Assembly: GCA_038727095.1 (NCBI GenBank)
Contig: JAVYWK010000022.1
Span: 1-30,951, forward strand
DNA from: Thermofilaceae archaeon
GTDB lineage: Archaea; Thermoproteota; Thermoprotei; Thermofilales; Thermofilaceae
Reading direction: 5' to 3'
Length of the DNA: 30,951 bases
Part shown: positions 8,875 through 15,986 of the stretch, in pieces
Numbering within the stretch: the stretch's first letter is position 1
How the letters are laid out: the number at the start of each line of letters is the position of its first letter
The notes under the pieces: model-generated
Seen by the model: the letters and a program-made list of their open reading frames with translations, nothing else
What the model was told of the DNA's origin: nothing
The model's database searches: none
Position numbers and translations under genes: made by a program

Positions 8875-9624
8875 ATGGTGCGGTCGATTTTCCACAAAGC
8901 TCTGAAAGAGCCAGGCTGGTTTAAGGTGCTATGGAGCGATGGAGCTCGCGCCTTTTCGTGGACGCTACTGGATGGGGGAGGTAGGGTTCACATCGGAATA
9001 GGGAGGGAGGCGGTAATCGCTTGCGTGCGAGGATCTTGCAGAGTTGAAAGCGACCTCGGCCATACAGACCTTGGGCCACGAGACATACTTTACACTTCAG
9101 GTCCCTTTGAGCTCCGGCTTGAAGGGCGAGAAAGTCTGCTGGTAGCGGCAGAAGCCCCTTCAGGACTAAAGGAGCTGCTGTTGGTAAAACGTGCAAGCGA
9201 TGCGCAACCAACCCTCGTAGGTGGTGAGGGCTACAGGCGTTTCGTCTACGCACTGTTGGGGGTGAACGATCCAGGCACAAGCCTGCTAGCGGGGTTCACC
9301 GAAGGTTTCCCGGGCGAGTGGACGAGCTTCCCGCCTCACAAGCACGATGACAAGGTTGAGGTCTACGTGTACTACGGCTTGGGGGATGGCTTCGGTGTCC
9401 AGATCGTAGAGGACGAGGGGGGCGCCGACTCCTACATCGTCAGAGACGGGGACGCCGTCGTCATCTTGAGTGGGTACCACCCGAACGTCGCCTCACCTGG
9501 TAGCAGGATCTGCTACGTCTGGGTCCTCTGCCAGACTTTGGGGGAGAAGAATATGAGAGTTGAAGTGAAGCCCGGATTCGAGCGCTTCCAGGTGGGGGGC
9601 CACCTGCAGGTTAAGCGCCCCTAG
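8875..9624 (+). CDS. IolB/KduI-family cupin (5-deoxy-glucuronate isomerase-like)
   Basis: 'WTSFPPHKHD', 'EVYVY', 'GFGVQ' and 'GYHPNVA.PG...YVWVL' match IolB motifs. Confidence 0.8.
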   Translation: MVRSIFHKALKEPGWFKVLWSDGARAFSWTLLDGGGRVHIGIGREAVIACVRGSCRVESDLGHTDLGPRDILYTSGPFELRLEGRESLLVAAEAPSGLKELLLVKRASDAQPTLVGGEGYRRFVYALLGVNDPGTSLLAGFTEGFPGEWTSFPPHKHDDKVEVYVYYGLGDGFGVQIVEDEGGADSYIVRDGDAVVILSGYHPNVASPGSRICYVWVLCQTLGEKNMRVEVKPGFERFQVGGHLQVKRP

Positions 9625-11116
9625 CCCTGATCAACGCGTCGCGGTAGATCTCTTCTAGCCGCTCAGCCGCCTTAGCCCAGCTGAACTCTGCGGCTCTCGC
9701 TGCGCACCGCGCTCTAAGCTCGCTATCTGAGAGGGAGGGTTTGGGCAGGCCGAATGACTCCGCCCTTTCCAGCACCCCGGAGGCTTCCAGATCCTCGTGC
9801 GCAGTTACAGCCAGTAAGGATGCGAGAGCTCTCGCCAGCTCGGCCGGGTTCTCCGGGGGGACGAGGTAGCCCGTCCCTCCCGAGGGGTCGCTCCTCAGGT
9901 CGACGATGGTCTCCTTCAATCCACCCACACCGCTTGCGGCCACCGGTACGCCGGCGGCCATAGCTTCGACCGCTGAGAGGCCGAAGGGTTCCCAACGGCT
10001 GGGGACGGCAAAAGCATCGGCAGCCAGGTGGGCCAGAGCGTAGATTTCCGCCGCGTGGCCGACGATGAGCCTCACGTGCGGCCTCCGCTCAGCCTCCCCA
10101 ATCAGCCAGGAGAGGTGGCCCTCCTCGCCCCTCGCTGGAAGCAGGAGGAGCAGGAACCTCACGCCCGGCACGACGCTGGCCAGAAGATCGGACGCCTGAA
10201 GCAGGACGTCGAAGCCCTTCTGCCAGCTAGCCCTGCCCGTGGCTAGCACGAGAGGCCCGTCCGAGGGGAACGCTTGCGCACCCCTGGCAGCCCAAGCCAT
10301 GCTGGGGTCGCTCACCCTAGGGATCGCGCGAGCTATTGCCTCCGTTAAAAGGTACCTCCGGAGCTCCCTCCGGCTGCAGCGGACGTCGCCCAGCTCCGGT
10401 AGAGCGTGGTGCCGTTTCGCCTCCTCAACGAGCTTCCCGAAGCTCCAGTCCGTCCCGTTGTACACGAAAGTCAGCCGGTCGCCGACAGCCCACCAGACCG
10501 CCGGCCTCAAAACCTCCTCCATGTACGCGCGGCTAACCGTCACGACTGAATCGGCGAGCTGCGCGGCCAGCACCTCAGCGACGCCGTTTGCCCTCCCGTA
10601 AGCCTCACCCAAGCTGAGGCCCCTCAACCTGCTTCCGGGGTTCAGGCCGCAGTCTCGAAAGAGGTAATCCCAGCTCACCCACCAGCCCAGGTACAGGTGA
10701 ACGTGGAAGATGAAGGCTGTCCTTGGAGCGGAGGAGAGCACGGATAGCGCAGCTGGAACCGCGTGCCAGTCGTTCGCGTGGATAACGTCGGGGGGTCCTT
10801 CCGCTTCAACCAGGGCTTTAGCGGCTCTAGCAAGCGCTGCGGCCTTGGCCTCGGTCAGCCCGCCAGCGTAGATCGATGGTTCGTCTAAAACGGGATTTGA
10901 AGCCATTATGACTTCGGCGCCATCCACAGTCCTCCTGTAGAAGGTGAACTCCCCCAGTCTTACGCTGCTCTCGCTTCGCAAGCCGTGGCTGGGCATCAGG
11001 ATCCTGGTCGCGTGGCCCCTCTCCGCCAGCCGCGAGGCGTAGCCCCTCACAGCCTCCCCCAAGCCGCCAGCCTTTGCGACACCCCCACACTCAAAGCTGA
11101 TGACCCAGACTCTCAC
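9611..11116 (-). CDS. glgA: Glycogen synthase (GT-B, GT5/GT4-like); start moved to GTG 11116
   Basis: KxGGL motif 'KAGGLGE', 'HANDWH', 'YNGTD', 'GR...QKGFD' and 'PSRWEPFGL...EAMA.G'. It sits in a GH57 cluster. Confidence 0.8.
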   Translation of the reverse strand: MRVWVISFECGGVAKAGGLGEAVRGYASRLAERGHATRILMPSHGLRSESSVRLGEFTFYRRTVDGAEVIMASNPVLDEPSIYAGGLTEAKAAALARAAKALVEAEGPPDVIHANDWHAVPAALSVLSSAPRTAFIFHVHLYLGWWVSWDYLFRDCGLNPGSRLRGLSLGEAYGRANGVAEVLAAQLADSVVTVSRAYMEEVLRPAVWWAVGDRLTFVYNGTDWSFGKLVEEAKRHHALPELGDVRCSRRELRRYLLTEAIARAIPRVSDPSMAWAARGAQAFPSDGPLVLATGRASWQKGFDVLLQASDLLASVVPGVRFLLLLLPARGEEGHLSWLIGEAERRPHVRLIVGHAAEIYALAHLAADAFAVPSRWEPFGLSAVEAMAAGVPVAASGVGGLKETIVDLRSDPSGGTGYLVPPENPAELARALASLLAVTAHEDLEASGVLERAESFGLPKPSLSDSELRARCAARAAEFSWAKAAERLEEIYRDALIRARGA

Positions 11117-11164
11117 GGGAGTTTGTGGAGACAACCCTAATATAACGACAACCCGTAATTCATC

Positions 11165-12688
11165 ATGGTTGGGATGCAGACGGGGCGCCCCGACATCGTT
11201 CTTATCTTTGAGGTGCACCAGCCCTACAGGCTGGCCCAGCAGCCTCTACTGAGGAGGACTTTCGGTAGGGTAGAAACGTTCGAGGCGCTGGAAGAGGTAT
11301 TCTTTGACAAGGAGCTGACGAAGAGGGTCTTCGATAGGGTTTCGTCGCGGTGCTACAAGCCCGCCACGTCGATGTTCCTCAGGCTGCTCGACGAACACCC
11401 GGGGTTCAGGGTCTCGTACAGCATCTCCGGTGTCCTGCTGGAGCAGGCCGAGCGCTGGGATCCGGATCTTCTCGAGCTGTTCAAGCAGGCTGCCAAGCAT
11501 AAGCGGTGCGAGGTGCTGTGCCAGACGTACTTCCACTCGCTCGCCTACTTCATCTCCCGGATGGAGTTCATAGAGCAGGTTGAAATGCATAGGCGGAGAG
11601 TGCGGGACCTGCTGGGCGTCGAGCCGCGGGTCTTCGAGAACACGGAGCTGATCTACGACAACAACGTAGCCAGGATCGCCGGGGAGCTGGGGTTCCGTGC
11701 CGTAGTGACAGAGGGCGTTGAGAGGGTGTTGGGGTGGAGGTCGCCCAATTACGTGTACATGGCGAAGGATGTTGACATCAAGGTGCTCCTCAGGAACTAC
11801 AGGTTGAGCGACGACGTGGGCTTCCGCTTCGCCTCGGTCAAGTGGGAGGAGTACCCGCTCACCGCTGAGAAGTACGCAACGTGGCTCGCCTCGACACCCG
11901 GCCAGCTCATCTGCATCTTCATCGACTACGAGACTGTGGGCGAGCACTACCCCAGGGAGACCGGCATATTCGATTTCTTCGAGTGGCTGCCCGTCGAGGC
12001 TGAGAAGCGAGGGCTCCGCTTCGCGACTCCAAGCGAGGCGATCGAGATGCACGCACCCGTTGACGAGATAAATGTCCCGGAGACGATATCCTGGGCGGAC
12101 GTGGAGAGAGATGCTTCAGCTTGGCTGGGCAACATGATGCAGCAAATGTCGCTCGCCAGGGAGGCTCGGCTCGAGCCCCTGGTGAAAGCTCTCGGCGACC
12201 CAGCCGCCCTCAGGCTGTGGAGGCTCCTCTCGATAAGCGACCACTACTACTACATGAGTACGAAGGGCGGGGGTCCAGGCGAGGTACACAGCTACTTTAG
12301 CCCCTACCCGAGCCCCTACCACGCCTTCGCCGCCTTCACCGAAGCCATCGCCTGCCTCGAGGCGGAGCTCTTCAGCAGACTTGCACGGCAGGAGGAGGTA
12401 GCGAGGTGGGTGAAACCGCTTCCAGAGGTGGAAGCGTTCCGCTTCTTCGTGCGCGAGGGCGAGCCCCTCCCGTACGTAGCCAGGAGCGGGCTCGACCTGA
12501 TAGAGATCGTCAAGAGGGTGCCTGCGCAGAGCTTGGAGTTCCACGTCGAGAGGGGGCATTTGGCCGAGTGGCTGCGATCCGTAGTGGGTGACGCGATTGC
12601 AGCCGAGAAGGTGGAGGGCATGCGAGGGTTGAGAGGCGAGGAGCTGAGAGAGAGGCTGCACAAGGTTTTGTGCGAGAGGCTACTGTAA
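11165..12688 (+). CDS. GH57 alpha-amylase with a C-terminal DUF5752-like domain (start 11165 or 11174)
   Basis: GH57 conserved regions 'EVHQP', 'QTYFHSL', nucleophile 'NTEL', acid/base 'DYET.GEH' and 'SDHYYYM'. The C-terminal 'FRF...SLEFH..RGH.AEW...VGD' resembles DUF5752. Confidence 0.88.
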   Translation: MVGMQTGRPDIVLIFEVHQPYRLAQQPLLRRTFGRVETFEALEEVFFDKELTKRVFDRVSSRCYKPATSMFLRLLDEHPGFRVSYSISGVLLEQAERWDPDLLELFKQAAKHKRCEVLCQTYFHSLAYFISRMEFIEQVEMHRRRVRDLLGVEPRVFENTELIYDNNVARIAGELGFRAVVTEGVERVLGWRSPNYVYMAKDVDIKVLLRNYRLSDDVGFRFASVKWEEYPLTAEKYATWLASTPGQLICIFIDYETVGEHYPRETGIFDFFEWLPVEAEKRGLRFATPSEAIEMHAPVDEINVPETISWADVERDASAWLGNMMQQMSLAREARLEPLVKALGDPAALRLWRLLSISDHYYYMSTKGGGPGEVHSYFSPYPSPYHAFAAFTEAIACLEAELFSRLARQEEVARWVKPLPEVEAFRFFVREGEPLPYVARSGLDLIEIVKRVPAQSLEFHVERGHLAEWLRSVVGDAIAAEKVEGMRGLRGEELRERLHKVLCERLL

Positions 12689-12694
12689 TCCTTC

Positions 12695-13777
12695 TCAATC
12701 GCCCGCCGAGGCTCTCAGTGCGCAGAGGGCCTTCGCTAACCGGAGCGCGGCATCCATGCTTCTCGAAGCCAGCAGCAGGTCAGCTTGAGCTAGGAAGCGC
12801 CAGGCCCCGAGCAGCTCGCGCCGCACCCTTCCCTTCAGCTCCGTCAGTAGCGCCAGCAGCATCTGCTGAGCGGCGCTCTCCGTCAACGGGCGCAAGTCCT
12901 TCGATTCGAGCCACGTTACGGGCTGGGGGACGTTTAGCACATCCACATACTCTTTACCTGCCGCGTCGCTGGGTGTGGCGAAGCGAATCCACGGGTGCTT
13001 CGCGAGCTCCTTCGGCAGCCAGCGCAGGAACTCGAAAGCACCGGCGCTTGCGGGTACGGAGAGCCCAAATGTTTCGGCTGGTACCGCGACGACCAACGTC
13101 GTCCCCTCGATCCTTGAAGCTCTCTCAGCGATGTAGGCGGCCGTCAGCCACTTCCCAAGCCCGAAGGCCACCTGGTTGCTGATCTCCTGATCCCTCACGA
13201 GGATCGAAAGATCCCTCGAGGGATGCTTGTAAACGAAGTGCGGCGTCCTCCAGGCTAGCACGTGTGTCGCCCCCTCAGCCAGCACAGCCCTCAGGTTCAG
13301 CTCGTCCTTCACTAGTCTGCCAATCTCATCCGAGTAGGCTAGGTAGGGCGCAGCGAAAACTTCGGCTTCGACTCCGAAGAGCTCCTTCAGCTTTGCTCTG
13401 TGCAGCTTCACCTGCTCCACCAGCTCGTCAGCCGGAAAGATGAGAGGGGGCAAGTTGAAGTAAGGACCAGCTACAAGCTCCACCGCTTCGATGGAGACTA
13501 GGGAGGCCAAGCTCTCCAGGAGGCTCTTACCCCACAGCTCCGCCGACTCGAGAAGGACGCCACTGACGCGCAACCCCACCTTCAAGCCGGATGGGGCAAG
13601 CTCCTCAAACGTCCTGAGGAGCGGCAAGTAGCATAAGCCCAGAGCCCGCTCGAAGGCGGCCTTGCTGGCTTCAACGTCCGTTAAATCCCACCAGGACTCC
13701 ACCTTAGCGGGGGGCTCCCTCCTCAAGACAAGCGGCTGATGCATCTCGAGGTAAAGCACGAAATCCACAGTAATCAT
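12695..13777 (-). CDS. GH57 alpha-amylase-like protein lacking both catalytic carboxylates
   Basis: Colinear with the neighbouring amylase ('EMHQP', 'SGVLLE.AE.W', 'VL.WR.P..VY', 'FATPS.A'), but ENTELIY becomes AAPYLAY and FIDYET becomes AVPAET. Confidence 0.8.
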   Translation of the reverse strand: MITVDFVLYLEMHQPLVLRREPPAKVESWWDLTDVEASKAAFERALGLCYLPLLRTFEELAPSGLKVGLRVSGVLLESAELWGKSLLESLASLVSIEAVELVAGPYFNLPPLIFPADELVEQVKLHRAKLKELFGVEAEVFAAPYLAYSDEIGRLVKDELNLRAVLAEGATHVLAWRTPHFVYKHPSRDLSILVRDQEISNQVAFGLGKWLTAAYIAERASRIEGTTLVVAVPAETFGLSVPASAGAFEFLRWLPKELAKHPWIRFATPSDAAGKEYVDVLNVPQPVTWLESKDLRPLTESAAQQMLLALLTELKGRVRRELLGAWRFLAQADLLLASRSMDAALRLAKALCALRASAGD

Positions 13778-13815
13778 CTCCTCAAGACCCGGCGGCTTTT
13801 ATCCGTAGCGCGATA

Positions 13816-13958
13816 GGGCCGAGCACGATGCTTCACCACCCCAAGTCCTATCCGTGTGAGCAGGGGGAAGGGGCTTGGGGACGTGCCTCATGCCCAACTG
13901 CTCCCCCTCGCAGCTAGGGGGGCGAAACACGATGGATAGATGTGCTCGATGCGGTCCC
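13816..13958. ncRNA. Candidate structured RNA element (nested multi-stem), family unknown
   Basis: Six nested complementary pairs in a 232-nt gap with no convincing ORF (see findings). No RNase P, SRP, 5S or tRNA signatures were recognised. Confidence 0.4.
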
Positions 13959-14009
13959 GATCACCCCCTCCTCTCACCGATGCCTGTCTTAGCTGCACGT
14001 CGACGCGCG

Positions 14010-15701
14010 TTAATCGCTGCTCCTGCGCTCCCTCACAAGAGGTTTCCCAAGCCTAAACACGCTCGTCCAGCCTTTAATAGAGATCTCGACGACTGAGCCC
14101 TGAACGGGTATCTCGCTCACGCCCGGTGGTAGTGTCACCTCTGTTGCATGTCCGTTCTCGGTTACCAAAACTTTAACCTCCCTGTCGAGCGTGTTCCGGA
14201 TCTTTAGCTTGCTGTCGGCGAAACCCTCGAGCTTTATTGAGCTTAGGATCGTTGCTAACCTGCTGCGGAGGTATTCGAGCCACTCGCGCGAGAAACCCTC
14301 GTCCGCGAACTCAGCCCAGATGTGGTCGCTGTTGACGGCGTGAAACAGGGCGAGCAGATCCTCCTCGCCAGCGCCCACGCTGTTTTCAAGCGCTTTATAC
14401 ACTTCGTAGGCTTCTATGATGTTCGCCCATATCTTCTCCTGCTCCTGCCGCTTCTCGCTCGTCCACTTGGCGTAACCCCCCATCCAGCTCCTCGCCGGCA
14501 CGGAGATCAGCCTCCTCGGCTCCACCTCCTCCAATACCTCGATCAGCTTGACCAGCCTAATCAACCCCCTATCGACGGCAGCCCTCAGCTGCTCGAGCAA
14601 TTTATCGAAGAACACGGCCGCCGGCGGCTTCGGATGGGGCAGGATCATCCAGTTCTCTCCGTCCAAGGCGACAGTGAGCGGCTTCGCCTTGTTCGTGTAG
14701 GCTTCCAGAACAAGGCGCAGGGTGAAGTCTCTCGCAGCCACCTCCGCCGCCTCTGGGCTGGGAACGTTGCTGTACTTGAAGCTCCAGAGGTCTGAGAGAC
14801 CCGTGTGGCGGAAGAAGATGACCAGCTCTCCAAGGCTGTAGGGCTCGTAGATACCCCCCTTGTCGCCGACCGCGCCCGAGAAGTGATTGAGAGCGTCTAA
14901 AACCGTGTAGCGGATTCCGTGCTCGATCAGGATGGGGACAAGCCTCATCGAGAACGACATCTCGGGGAGCCAGGCGCCCAGCGGCTCCACCTCGAGCACT
15001 CTCTCAGTGATCTCTTTCCCCAGCCTCAGCTCCTCCTTCAGCAGATCCGCCCAACCGTACACCTCGGCTATGTAGCCGGCTATCGGGTGCGAGTAGAAGC
15101 TGGTGAGCACCTCCAGCTGATTCCTCGCCAGCCGCTTGAAGATCTCCAGGCTCTCAGCGACCCTCCTGCTCCTCCAGCTGCCCGGCTCGACGCATAGGTA
15201 GGCTCCATCTTGGCTGATGACCGCACCCCGCTCGAGCAGCTTCGCCCACTGGTGCAGGAGGCTGGGTGAGAGATTCGCGTTCCAGCGAACCCCCCACTTC
15301 TCCAGCAGACGAGCTTGGACGAGGTAAGCTCCCCCATCGTAGTAGGGGGCAAACTCGTCCTCCCAACCGTGCTTGTAAGCCCAGGGTTCGCGTACTGCCC
15401 CATCGGGGGAATAGTTGGGGGCTTGGTGGTTGTGGAACACTACTGCAAGCATCGGTGGGGGATCCTGGCGCGTCAGAACCGCAAACATGGAGTGCGCACC
15501 TTCAGGCTCTAGTGTCGCTTCGTACAGACCTTCCTCTGCGACTAGCAACTCGAAAACATCCCTACCCGGCTTGACCTCCCAGGATGCGATCAGTTCGTTG
15601 CCACGCTTCAACAGCAGCTTACCTCCCCTTCCACTCTCTACGTGTAGTACAACGCGTTCGCCTGGGAGGTAAGCCGCGTACTCTGAGAAAACCCTTGCCA
15701 T
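14010..15701 (-). CDS. GH57 glycoside hydrolase (amylopullulanase-like); start likely ATG 15701
   Basis: 'HNHQAP', 'NLSPSLL.QW', 'YSHPI', nucleophile 'WLPEM', acid/base 'ALDGENW' and 'NSDH.W'. It has short beta-rich N- and C-terminal extensions. Confidence 0.88.
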   Translation of the reverse strand: MARVFSEYAAYLPGERVVLHVESGRGGKLLLKRGNELIASWEVKPGRDVFELLVAEEGLYEATLEPEGAHSMFAVLTRQDPPPMLAVVFHNHQAPNYSPDGAVREPWAYKHGWEDEFAPYYDGGAYLVQARLLEKWGVRWNANLSPSLLHQWAKLLERGAVISQDGAYLCVEPGSWRSRRVAESLEIFKRLARNQLEVLTSFYSHPIAGYIAEVYGWADLLKEELRLGKEITERVLEVEPLGAWLPEMSFSMRLVPILIEHGIRYTVLDALNHFSGAVGDKGGIYEPYSLGELVIFFRHTGLSDLWSFKYSNVPSPEAAEVAARDFTLRLVLEAYTNKAKPLTVALDGENWMILPHPKPPAAVFFDKLLEQLRAAVDRGLIRLVKLIEVLEEVEPRRLISVPARSWMGGYAKWTSEKRQEQEKIWANIIEAYEVYKALENSVGAGEEDLLALFHAVNSDHIWAEFADEGFSREWLEYLRSRLATILSSIKLEGFADSKLKIRNTLDREVKVLVTENGHATEVTLPPGVSEIPVQGSVVEISIKGWTSVFRLGKPLVRERRSSD

Positions 15702-15762
15702 ATTTCGTGGGCAGCGCAAGGCTGAGGCTAAAAAATTTTAGTTCGTGAGTTCACCTTAAACC

Positions 15763-15984
15763 GTGGACCCCTTTGAGCTCTTGAAAGCGCTCCACGCGCT
15801 GGCAGCTGTCGACGAAGCTAGGGCTATCGAGGTGGCGAAGCTCTGCGGCATCGTCGGAGTACCCCCCGAGGAACTGAACGAGACTTTAAAGTCTCTTCGC
15901 GAGATGAATTATGTTGTACTCGTTGAGAACCGGGTGTTCCTGTCTGAGCTAGGAATCCTCAAGGTCAGCAGCTTCTTCTGCTAA
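15763..15984 (+). CDS. Small winged-helix protein, possibly DNA-binding
   Basis: 73 aa with the wHTH pattern 'EELNETLKSLREMNYV...VFLSELG'. Its stop is 2 nt before the GT4 start. Confidence 0.6.
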   Translation: MDPFELLKALHALAAVDEARAIEVAKLCGIVGVPPEELNETLKSLREMNYVVLVENRVFLSELGILKVSSFFC

Positions 15985-15986
15985 CG

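Noticed and set aside
11246-12661. Long antisense ORFs (for example 268 aa at 11246-12052; similar ones at 2827-3321, 21012-21593 and 26206-26685)
   Set aside because: These are shadow ORFs opposite well-supported genes, as expected from GC-rich codon usage.
13816-13960. Hammerhead or HDV ribozyme, RNase P, SRP, 5S rRNA, or TPP/cobalamin riboswitch
   Set aside because: GCGAAAC is present, but there is no CUGANGA core or HDV L3 pattern, and the conserved motifs of the other RNAs were not found.
13828-14096. Small + strand ORFs (29 aa from ATG 13828; 73 aa from 13875)
   Set aside because: They have no recognisable protein features. The longer one starts with TTG and overlaps the end of the GH57 gene.
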